Shown piece after piece: positions 10,568 to 18,527 of a DNA stretch of 64,000 bases (position 1 is its first letter; the number at the start of each line of letters is the position of its first letter). A program made the translations under genes and the position numbers. The notes beneath the pieces are model-generated. The model searched no databases. It saw nothing but the letters and a program-made list of their open reading frames with translations, and was not told the origin of the DNA. Origin of the DNA: a candidate division WOR-3 bacterium (lineage in GTDB: Bacteria; Hydrothermota; UBA3073; JACQXS01; JAGMCI01); the NCBI GenBank assembly GCA_023129325.1, contig JAGMCI010000001.1, positions 23,722 through 87,721 on the forward strand. Reading direction: 5' to 3'.

Positions 10568-10975
10568 ATGGAAGAATTAGAGAAGTTGCAGGAAGAGGCA
10601 AAAAGACTGATAGAGCAGTCAAATGATGAGGAGTTTCGGGAGATGGTATTCTTTTGGCACGGCGATGAATTCCTTGCAGAAAATTTGCGCAGAAGCACAG
10701 ATAGTTGCGAGGATATTGACTGTGTCAAAGGGTTTGTTGAGAAATTCGGGGCAAGGATTGGCAAGAGAAAAGAAGAGAAGAAGCCAGTGTTTAGAAAACT
10801 GAAAAGGGATACGGTAGTCAGTTATGCTGATGGCAAGGAATTAGTAGGAGTATATTTTGCAGATACAGACGGAAGTCAGGCACTAATTGAATGTAGTTCT
10901 GAAAAAGCTGATAGAATTATTAAAGTCTGGAATGAAGAAGAAGGCACAAAAGGAGGTGAAAGTGGGAAAATTTAA
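10568..10975 (+). CDS. Hypothetical acidic protein
   Basis: 135-aa ORF with an AGGAGG RBS, lying inside a tightly packed operon. Confidence 0.45.
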   Translation: MEELEKLQEEAKRLIEQSNDEEFREMVFFWHGDEFLAENLRRSTDSCEDIDCVKGFVEKFGARIGKRKEEKKPVFRKLKRDTVVSYADGKELVGVYFADTDGSQALIECSSEKADRIIKVWNEEEGTKGGESGKI

Positions 10976-11195
10976 AGGAGCAAAATGTCCGGTTTGTGGA
11001 CAGGTAATTTATGACCCATTGTTATCTGAGTTAAAAGCGGGTAGCAGTAGAATTGATGACTTTGCACATTTCATAACGAATGAGGCATTAGATGGACTTA
11101 ACATGGAGATTGATGTTGAATTATTTGATGAAATTAAAGCAAGGGTATCATTGGCTTTGATGCCAGAGGAAGATGTAGATGCTTGTGGAGAATAA
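10962..11195 (+). CDS. Small hypothetical protein with a CxxC motif
   Basis: GTG at 10962, 5 nt after GGAGG (10952-10956). Contains KCPVCGQ. Confidence 0.4.
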   Translation: MGKFKGAKCPVCGQVIYDPLLSELKAGSSRIDDFAHFITNEALDGLNMEIDVELFDEIKARVSLALMPEEDVDACGE

Positions 11196-11205
11196 GGAGG
11201 AGATA

Positions 11206-11559
11206 ATGGTTGAGTATATGGCTTGTATGCGAAGCAATAGCTTTAAGGTTAAGAATATTGAGGCGTTTAAGAAAGCTATTGAGGATGAGAAGATTTTGAT
11301 GAATGACATTGAAGTGATTGAAGAAGGCGGGGAGGTAATTCTGGCGGGATATTCTTTTATTCCGTTCAATTGTGGGCCTGATGAAGGTTATGAGGATTTT
11401 GAGTTCGCGAAGTTTATCCAGGAGCACTTGGTACGAGGAGAGAAAGCTGTGATAATGGAGATAGGGCATGAAAAGTTGTGTTATCTCAATGCTTTCCAGT
11501 ATGTTATCACACCGGAGAAGATTGAAGAAAAGTCTATGACTGTTCCAGAGGGAGCATAG
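11206..11559 (+). CDS. Hypothetical protein
   Basis: ATG at 11206 preceded by aaggaggagata; 117 aa. Confidence 0.45.
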   Translation: MVEYMACMRSNSFKVKNIEAFKKAIEDEKILMNDIEVIEEGGEVILAGYSFIPFNCGPDEGYEDFEFAKFIQEHLVRGEKAVIMEIGHEKLCYLNAFQYVITPEKIEEKSMTVPEGA

Positions 11560-11569
11560 GAGGTGTTAG

Positions 11570-11764
11570 ATGAAGAGCGTGAGAATATTAGTACCTTTAA
11601 CTGAAAAGGCCAAGGTTTGGGTTCACAATAATGTGAGCTACGAGCCCTGGCAGAGATTTGGAGACGATGGAGTTGCTATCGAGTGGCGATTTCTTGATGA
11701 CATTTTGGAGGAACTGTATAACGATGGCTTTAAGGCGGGAGAGGATTATTTTGTGCACGGATAG
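11570..11764 (+). CDS. Small hypothetical protein
   Basis: 64-aa ORF with ggaggtgttag upstream of the ATG. Confidence 0.45.
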   Translation: MKSVRILVPLTEKAKVWVHNNVSYEPWQRFGDDGVAIEWRFLDDILEELYNDGFKAGEDYFVHG

Positions 11765-11774
11765 GAGGCGTAAG

Positions 11775-11951
11775 ATGGGCAAAGAATGTGACCATGAGTG
11801 GAAGGATGTTAAGGACTGGAAGGATAAACTCAAGATTAAGTACGGTGAGATTATAGAAATCCCTCAAAAGTGTATGAAATGCGGATTAGAAGGATATGAG
11901 GTATGGGTTTATTCTTGTATAGTAGATAAAGAGGACAACGAGGTTCATTAA
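11775..11951 (+). CDS. Small Cys/His protein (possible zinc ribbon)
   Basis: ATG at 11775 after ggaggcgtaag. Sequence MGKECDHEW...CMKCG. Confidence 0.4.
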   Translation: MGKECDHEWKDVKDWKDKLKIKYGEIIEIPQKCMKCGLEGYEVWVYSCIVDKEDNEVH

Positions 11952-11965
11952 GGCGAGGAGGGAAT

Positions 11966-13618
11966 ATGGGAATTAAGATAATTCTTGCAGATTATGTGAG
12001 ATATTACTTAAGGCGGGTGATTGGGATTGATATTCCCTTGCGGGATTCTCCTGCACCCGCTTATGTTTATAAGCCCAAGATAGAACTTCACCTGCCAGTG
12101 AGTAAATCCAGTTTGGGAGAGTTCTTGGGAAAAGATTTTGTAAAGAGTGCAAGTAGAGAACTTTTGTTCTCAATCTTGATAGGTCTTGCTTATCACGAAG
12201 TAGCTCATGCCAAGAGTGGTGAGATTGAAGTAAAGCCTCATAGTTTGAATAATCTTATTTGCGATTCCAATGACTTCAACTTTGTTCCTCAGACCTGGCC
12301 TGGTTCTATTCCCTTTACACTTGCTCTAACGAATATCATCTATCGTCAAGGTAAGGATTTGAAAGGCCGTTCTTTGAAGACCAGAAAAGATAAGCTGGAA
12401 GCTCTTCTTGATTTGGCAGTGACATTTATGAGAAAGTTAAGGGTGAAATATGATGGAAAAGATGTGAGAAGCTTACCCCAAGACCACGAGCTTTTTGACA
12501 TTTTTGAGCAACTCAAGCCTATTATGATAGAGGCAAGGAAGGCTGAAGTGAAGAAGAGACCAGGATTGGTTTTGAGACTATACAAGGCTTTAGAGAAGTT
12601 TTGGGTTAAAGAGAAGAAGCAGACATCTCCCACTAAAGCTCCAAGCAAATCTGGAACTGGAAGCCTAAACAAAGCATTAGAATCAGTCTCTGTGCCTATG
12701 AAAGGAAAGCTCACAAAGAAAGATGCGAAAGAGATGCAAGAACAGGCAGAGAGGAATCCTGAGTTCGAGAAGATTAGGAATCAGCTTAAGGAGATTAAAG
12801 ATAAGGTAAGAGAAGAGAAAGAACAAGAGATTGAGAAACAAGTGGAAGGTTGGCTTGGAGAACTCCATGAGATTGAGGAAGTAAAGGAAGAATCAGCCGA
12901 GACTCCAAGAATAGATGAAAGTCTTGTTTCAGTTTTAAGGCGAGAGATTAGACCTTTACTCTTTAAAAGGACTTTAGCACGAAGGGCACCATCAGTCAGC
13001 GGCACAAAGTTCGCACCTGAAAGGTTTTATGAAATCAAGACAAATCCAGAGGAACCAAGAATAACGAAAGACACAAAGAGAATAGGTAGACTTATTGATG
13101 AAACTGAAGTTGTTTTCTGCTTTGATAGGTCTGGCTCTATGATGGGGAATAAGGAAAAAGTATGCCAGCAAATTGCGGCTACACTCTACAAGGCACTTTC
13201 AACTATACCAAGGGTTAGAGTTCAGATTATAGGTTTTGACGACGGCCCCTGTCTAATTAAGGGAACGAGACCGCTCTCAATGGATACAGTATTAAGAAGA
13301 ATCCCAATCGGTCTTTGTGCAAGAGGAGGGACTAATCTACCGTTGGCTTTGAAAGAAGCACTGAATCGAGCAAAAAAATCCTTGACAAACAAGCAATTAG
13401 TGATTATACTAACAGATGGAGATTTAAGAGGAGAGATGAATGCAACTGACCTTGCACTTTGGGCTAAAAGGCATAGTATTGATTTAGTCTGTATAGGTGT
13501 GGAAGAAAACAATGCATCTGAGCTCAAAAGGAAGTTTGGAGCTTCCAATGTTCTTTATGTGGAGGATATTCGTAATCTTGCGAAGGAGATGAGGAGGGTT
13601 GTGCAAAGGAGGATATAA
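11966..13618 (+). CDS. vWA-domain protein with an N-terminal HExxH metallopeptidase-like motif
   Basis: MIDAS motif VVFCFDRSGSM and VIILTDGD in the C-terminal third. YHEVAHA (HExxH) near residue 77. A Lys/Glu-rich linker joins the two. Confidence 0.7.
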   Translation: MGIKIILADYVRYYLRRVIGIDIPLRDSPAPAYVYKPKIELHLPVSKSSLGEFLGKDFVKSASRELLFSILIGLAYHEVAHAKSGEIEVKPHSLNNLICDSNDFNFVPQTWPGSIPFTLALTNIIYRQGKDLKGRSLKTRKDKLEALLDLAVTFMRKLRVKYDGKDVRSLPQDHELFDIFEQLKPIMIEARKAEVKKRPGLVLRLYKALEKFWVKEKKQTSPTKAPSKSGTGSLNKALESVSVPMKGKLTKKDAKEMQEQAERNPEFEKIRNQLKEIKDKVREEKEQEIEKQVEGWLGELHEIEEVKEESAETPRIDESLVSVLRREIRPLLFKRTLARRAPSVSGTKFAPERFYEIKTNPEEPRITKDTKRIGRLIDETEVVFCFDRSGSMMGNKEKVCQQIAATLYKALSTIPRVRVQIIGFDDGPCLIKGTRPLSMDTVLRRIPIGLCARGGTNLPLALKEALNRAKKSLTNKQLVIILTDGDLRGEMNATDLALWAKRHSIDLVCIGVEENNASELKRKFGASNVLYVEDIRNLAKEMRRVVQRRI

Positions 13619-13623
13619 AAAAG

Positions 13624-13661
13624 AGCGGGGATAAAACTTGTCTCCGCTTTTTAATTTTTTT
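13624..13661 (+). terminator. Rho-independent terminator ending the HerA-to-vWA operon
   Basis: Stem 13624-13631 / 13641-13648 (agcgggga / tctccgct, one G-U pair), followed by tttttaattttttt. Confidence 0.55.
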
Positions 13662-13791
13662 GTTGCAATTATTTAAACTGTTATATATTATAAAGATGAA
13701 TCTTGTCTGAGGACAGTTGGTATATAAAGTAGAAGAAAAAAGATTACTTAATAATTTTGAAGTAATATGTTATAATTCAAGAGGAGGATAA

Positions 13792-14652
13792 TTGGAAGAA
13801 AGAACATTAGTGTTACTTAAACCAGATGCTATTAAAAGAAACAAGGTGGGGTGTATTATTACTAAATTTGAAGATGCTAACCTACAGATAGAAAAGATAA
13901 GAACGTTTAAACCCACGCCGGAAATAGTAAGCGAACATTATAAAGCAACAGAGAAATGGTTGATAAATGTGGGAAACAAGACTATTACGAATTATAAGGA
14001 GGTTTTTAAAGAGAAATGGGAAATTGAGTTAAATAGAGATTTTCATACAAGCAATCCGCTACAAATTAGTAAGATGATTAAAAAGTGGTTGGTTAATTAT
14101 TTATGTGGAGAGCACATTATAGGTATTGTATTTAAAGGGAATCATGCGGTTGAGGTAGGGAAAAAACTTGTAGGGGATACCATGCCCTTGAGAGCTCTTC
14201 CCGGCACTATAAGAGGAGATTTTGCAATAGACTCTGCAGATCTGGCCAATAAGGAGAAGAGGGCGGTTCGTAATCTCGTTCATGTTTCTGAGGATCTTGG
14301 AGAAGCACAACGAGAGATTTCGTTGTGGTTTAAGGACGAAGAAAAACAGAAGGGGGAAGAAATGGATATAGAGAATAGAGATTTAGAAGAAGTATTTAAA
14401 GAACTTAAAGGAACCGACAAGAGAAAAGCTGCTGAGGTAGCCTATGTTCTTGCTATTTTGAAAAAGGAGCAAGGAGATATAGAAAAAGCAAGGAGTTACG
14501 GGGAAGAAAGTATTAACCTATTTAAACAGGTTAATGTGCAATCGTTCGAAGATGCTGCAGCAAGGTATGTTGTATTAAAGGGGGTCGCTTTACCCAGCTA
14601 TATTCATGAGAATGTTGTACGAGACAGATTGTCAAAATTGAGAATACTCTGA
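13792..14652 (+). CDS. Nucleoside diphosphate kinase-like domain with an insertion and a C-terminal helical (TPR-like) extension
   Basis: EERTLVLLKPDAIKR, GTIRGDFA and NLVHVSED (the NxxH[GV]S[DE] active-site His context). TTG start 5 nt after GGAGG. 286 aa, well above the length I recall for stand-alone NDKs. Confidence 0.65.
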   Translation: MEERTLVLLKPDAIKRNKVGCIITKFEDANLQIEKIRTFKPTPEIVSEHYKATEKWLINVGNKTITNYKEVFKEKWEIELNRDFHTSNPLQISKMIKKWLVNYLCGEHIIGIVFKGNHAVEVGKKLVGDTMPLRALPGTIRGDFAIDSADLANKEKRAVRNLVHVSEDLGEAQREISLWFKDEEKQKGEEMDIENRDLEEVFKELKGTDKRKAAEVAYVLAILKKEQGDIEKARSYGEESINLFKQVNVQSFEDAAARYVVLKGVALPSYIHENVVRDRLSKLRIL

Positions 14653-15323
14653 TGATTTCTTTCCACGATTCACTTTGTATGTATAAAAAAATTGAAGGAT
14701 TAGAAAAACTGAAAAAATTAGGTTTACCATGTCCACCCCACGTAATAGTATCAATTGAAAAAGATAATCTGCTTGATGTAAAGACTTATATTTTGAGCCG
14801 AGTGAAACAAATTGGTATCCCTCACTCAAAAGGAGATAGAATCGGGGTCACTATCAGAGTCTCCCTTCCTGGAGCTCTGGATAAAACTGCTGTACACGGA
14901 GGATTACATGTAACTGAGGAAGAAGAAATTGTTAAAAGAATTCTGCAAAAATATGAGGAGTATAAACAAAAAGCTAAAATCATTATTATGCATACTATAG
15001 ACGCGAGATGTTCTGGAGTTATAGAGTTGCAAGATCAACAGGTAATTATTGAAACAATTCCCGGAGATAATCCTCCTTTATTAGAAGGAAGGACAAATAA
15101 TATTGAAAGGTGGCAGTGGTTGTTTTTCCTAAACAGAGACCCAAGGGTACCAATAAGTTCTTACATGGATACTAATAATCAAGAGAGGCGGCTTCTATCA
15201 TTTTCGGATATTAACATTTTTAAAAAATACTTAAGGTACTTCTCTGATAGAAAATGGGTATATTTAGAATGGTCAATTGCTAAAAACGGGAATCTCTATT
15301 TCTATGAATACCTTGAGCATTGA
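14652..15323 (+). CDS. Hypothetical protein resembling the ATP-grasp nucleotide-binding domain of PEP synthase / PPDK (PPDK_N-like)
   Basis: The start overlaps the NDK stop by 1 nt. GVTIRVSLPGALDKTAVHGGLHV and CSGVIEL..VIIETIPGDNPPLLEGR resemble VAVRSS..ED..SFAGQ and SGV..IEA.WGLGE.VVSG. This is a by-eye similarity only. Confidence 0.4.
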   Translation: MISFHDSLCMYKKIEGLEKLKKLGLPCPPHVIVSIEKDNLLDVKTYILSRVKQIGIPHSKGDRIGVTIRVSLPGALDKTAVHGGLHVTEEEEIVKRILQKYEEYKQKAKIIIMHTIDARCSGVIELQDQQVIIETIPGDNPPLLEGRTNNIERWQWLFFLNRDPRVPISSYMDTNNQERRLLSFSDINIFKKYLRYFSDRKWVYLEWSIAKNGNLYFYEYLEH

Positions 15324-16407
15324 AAAAACTATGTCTTTTCCTTACTCTTTAAGAGAGTTAACATTAGAGCTCACACGATACTGCTATCTCAAATGTAAAC
15401 ATTGTTCTTCCTTCATTCCGGAATCTTCATGTAGATCGGAAGATTTGACTTTATCTAAATTTGCGAGTTTAGTGTACTCAGCCAAAGAACTAGGGTGTGA
15501 AGAGCTCTATCTATCAGGAGGCGAGCCACTCTCTTTTGGAGCAATAATTCCTTTTTTAGAAAAAATAGAGCCGTTAAATATTAAGGTTTTTGTTTACTCT
15601 TCAGGAGTGATAGGTTATTCAAATGGAACTATTTTTGGAATAAGCTCTGATTTTGCGAATAAATTGAAAATGCGTGGCGTTGAGAAAATTATTTTTCACT
15701 TAGCAAGTGCCACTTCATCTATCCATGATTTCTTTACACAACAGAGAGGTAGTTTTCGAGTCACTATGAATTCTATGAAGACTTGTGTTAGTGCTGAGAT
15801 TCCTGTAGAGCTAAATTTTGTTCCCACTTCCATCAATTGGTTTGAACTTCATAATCTTGTTAGACTGAGTTATGAATTAAGAGGACAACGATTGAATATA
15901 CTGAGATTTGTACCCCAAGGACGAGGAGCCCTAAATAAAGAGGAACTGCTCATGGGTACTACCGAATTGAATCAATTTAAACGAGAAATTGAATTACTTT
16001 CTCAGGACTCTACTCGAGTTCCGTTAAAGATAGGAGCTCCCTTTAATTGTCTTTTTCCAGAGAAATCTGTTCCTTGCAATGCCGGCAGGTCTCGGCTTCT
16101 TGTTAGATCTAATGGTGATACATTCCCCTGCGAGGCATTTAAACATTCTCCAGTAGATTCTCAAGCCAATCTCAAACATAACAATCTCCAAAATATTTGG
16201 GAAAATTCACCTTTAATAATAGCTCTTCGTCAATTTGATTCTTCAAAACTTGGATATCCTTGTAATTCCTGTCAACATCGGGAATTATGTGGAGGTGGCT
16301 GTCCGGGGCAGCGGGCTCTATCATGGGGTTCTATTTATGCAGGTTTCGATCCTATCTGCCCATTAATAAACAACATAAAGAAAAATTCATTTCCGTCTAA
16401 ATCTTGA
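15304..16407 (+). CDS. Radical SAM enzyme with a C-terminal SPASM-type auxiliary cluster domain
   Basis: CYLKCKHC (CxxxCxxC) and LSGGEPL. C-terminal CNAGRSRLLVRSNGDTFPCE ... CNSCQHRELCGGGCPG. The start is ambiguous (15277 TTG, 15304 ATG or 15331 ATG). Confidence 0.8.
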   Translation: MNTLSIEKTMSFPYSLRELTLELTRYCYLKCKHCSSFIPESSCRSEDLTLSKFASLVYSAKELGCEELYLSGGEPLSFGAIIPFLEKIEPLNIKVFVYSSGVIGYSNGTIFGISSDFANKLKMRGVEKIIFHLASATSSIHDFFTQQRGSFRVTMNSMKTCVSAEIPVELNFVPTSINWFELHNLVRLSYELRGQRLNILRFVPQGRGALNKEELLMGTTELNQFKREIELLSQDSTRVPLKIGAPFNCLFPEKSVPCNAGRSRLLVRSNGDTFPCEAFKHSPVDSQANLKHNNLQNIWENSPLIIALRQFDSSKLGYPCNSCQHRELCGGGCPGQRALSWGSIYAGFDPICPLINNIKKNSFPSKS

Positions 16408-16500
16408 GTTCTTATACAAAAAGAAGATTGAAAAATTTTAAACCAAAGTGGAATATGAACTTGTTTCTTTTCGTTTATTCTAAAAGAAAATGATTTCCTT

Positions 16501-17034
16501 ATGAAGAACATTGAAGTGGAAGTAAGAAGCTTTATTACAAAAGATCAATATGAGAAACTCATTAGCTTTTTCAAAGAAAATGCCAAATTTATTAATGAAG
16601 ATTATCAAGAAACTTATTACTTTGACACAAAAGAAGATTTACGCATTCAAAGGAATAATTTCTTCTCAAAAATTTGGTTGAAGAAGGGGGAAATCCATGA
16701 CAATTGGCGAGAAGAGATCGAAATAAAATTTAATAGAAATGATTTCGAGAAACTCGAAAATTTATTCATATCTCTGGGATTAAAAGTTCAAATAAAATGG
16801 TTTAGAAAAAGGCATACTTTTGAATGGCAGGATACAAAAGTTTGTTTAGATTATACAAAAGGATATGGCTATATAATTGAAGTAGAGAAACTGTGTTCCG
16901 AAAAAGAGAAAGAAAACATATTAAAAGTGATCCAACAGCAAATGCAAAACATTGGTATTTCATTAACTCCAAAAGAAGAATTTGATAAAAAATATCAATA
17001 TTATAAAAAAAATTGGAGGAAATTAGGGGGATAA
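16501..17034 (+). CDS. CYTH-domain protein (CyaB / thiamine triphosphatase-type triphosphate tunnel metalloenzyme)
   Basis: N-terminal IEVEVRSF (ExExK-like signature), with size and alternating charged beta-strand pattern typical of CYTH. Confidence 0.55.
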   Translation: MKNIEVEVRSFITKDQYEKLISFFKENAKFINEDYQETYYFDTKEDLRIQRNNFFSKIWLKKGEIHDNWREEIEIKFNRNDFEKLENLFISLGLKVQIKWFRKRHTFEWQDTKVCLDYTKGYGYIIEVEKLCSEKEKENILKVIQQQMQNIGISLTPKEEFDKKYQYYKKNWRKLGG

Positions 17035-17095
17035 AAAAATTACTTTAATTTAATCCAATCCAAAAGTGATGTATTTCATTTTTTTCCATTTTTGG

Positions 17096-18139
17096 TTATT
17101 TTACAAGTGCTTTAATTATTAGAATAAAAAGCCCGCCTGCAATAGCAATCATAATACCTTCTAATACTCTATATTTAATTTCAAGCAATGATATTTTTTT
17201 CTCTAGAGACTTAAGTGAAACACTAGGACCAGCTATAGTTTTGAGCATATCCATTGGAATATCCTCCTGCCCAACAAGAGGTCCCTCATAACCCCTGTAA
17301 ATTTCGCTTTTTATCTCTTCAAACATTATCATAAAAACAGGTTCTTTGTATTTCAAAATAATGTTTTTGGGACCGGCATTGTATAGGGAAAATAATAATT
17401 TACCATGAAATCCGGGATCAACATGAAATCCAGAAATATTTACTAATCCTCTATTTTTATATCCAAATCTAACTGAAATAAGTCCTATTAAGTCCCAAGG
17501 GATATAAATATATTCATAAGTAGTGAGAATAGCAAATTCACCTGGTGTCATTATAGCTATGTCATGTTTATTTGAGAATCTCTGTGGGCGAGGGTTTGTG
17601 CTTAAATAATAACTTTCACCAATCCTTAGGTTACAATTTGCGCTTTGGAATGTACCTGAAGTCAAAGTGAAACCATGAACAAATATTGGTAATATTCCGT
17701 GTTTTTTTTGTAGTTGTTCACGTTGTTTTCGATTCTTCAATTTCTTTATTTCTTCTACTACAGCATCTTTATGTTTCTCTTTAAGATCAATTAAATCGGG
17801 AAGTTCAGTAAACTTTTTAATTTCTTTTATAAGTTCCGAATTGTTTATCCACTCTCTGTGGTTCCTGTCTCGGAATGCACCAAAAAAACTCTTTAGTGTT
17901 TGCTCAACGAAATTCTCCAACCGGCCCTTTGGCCAATAATATTCAGGTAGCTCAAGCTGTTTTTTAAGCTTTTTAAATTCTGCATCTTGCTCATCAGATA
18001 AATCGATGAAATTTGAGCCCTTAAGTTTTTCTATAAGTTTAGATAGCTCCTCTCTTTTCTTGATATCCAGTGTTCCCCATACCAGATACTCTCCCAACAC
18101 AACTCGTATAAGGATATCTTTAGCAGATAAAAAACTCAT
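17096..18139 (-). CDS. dCTP deaminase / dUTPase-fold protein with a ~150-aa helical insertion and a C-terminal transmembrane helix
   Basis: ATG at 18139 follows GGAGG by 6 nt. MTPGEFAILTTYEYIYIPWDLIGLISVRFGYKNRGLVNISGFHVDPGFHGKLLFSLYNAG aligns by eye with E. coli Dcd LHPGELALAV...RIDPGWSGCIVLEFYNSG. C-terminal IMIAIAGGLFILIIKALV. Confidence 0.65.
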   Translation of the reverse strand: MSFLSAKDILIRVVLGEYLVWGTLDIKKREELSKLIEKLKGSNFIDLSDEQDAEFKKLKKQLELPEYYWPKGRLENFVEQTLKSFFGAFRDRNHREWINNSELIKEIKKFTELPDLIDLKEKHKDAVVEEIKKLKNRKQREQLQKKHGILPIFVHGFTLTSGTFQSANCNLRIGESYYLSTNPRPQRFSNKHDIAIMTPGEFAILTTYEYIYIPWDLIGLISVRFGYKNRGLVNISGFHVDPGFHGKLLFSLYNAGPKNIILKYKEPVFMIMFEEIKSEIYRGYEGPLVGQEDIPMDMLKTIAGPSVSLKSLEKKISLLEIKYRVLEGIMIAIAGGLFILIIKALVK

Positions 18140-18527
18140 GAGGTTCCTCCTTTTTCTGTCAATTAAATATTTTATAAAGAACAAATCCTTATAAAATATA
18201 GATTATCATATTGAATTGAAAAGTCAAGAACTTTCTGTATTAACCATATGATTTGACTTTAAGATTGGGATATAACATATGTTTTACCCCTCCAAAAAGT
18301 TCTAACTTCCTCTACGAGACGGAGCCAGACGGACAAAGACTCTGCAAAACAGGGGCTTTGTCCTTTATTTAAACCAAATTTTACTGGTTCTAACCTAACT
18401 TTTTCGGCTTCTGCCCTGGACAGACCGTTTTTGATACTCAAGAATGGGTTTTGCTTTGATAAAGAGTTTTTCTACCATGAGAATAGAGTCCGAACCTAAA
18501 GATGGAAAAATAGGGGGTATAGAGAGT

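Noticed and set aside
15304-16407. Calling the radical SAM enzyme a prokaryotic viperin because of the adjacent nucleotide kinase-like genes
   Set aside because: It carries a canonical SPASM C-terminal domain (CNAG...PCE, CxxCxxxxxCGGGC) that viperins lack, and I could not see the viperin-type C-terminal nucleotide-binding motifs. The viperin analogy is kept only as context for the operon hypothesis.
18185-18527. A 340-bp gap containing a 60-aa minus-strand ORF (18259-18441) and a second short frame (MVEKLFIKAKPILEYQKR...), considered as a transposase or IS remnant
   Set aside because: The frames are short and broken, with no recognisable transposase motif and no inverted repeats that I could find. 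The evidence is insufficient to call a pseudogene or mobile element.
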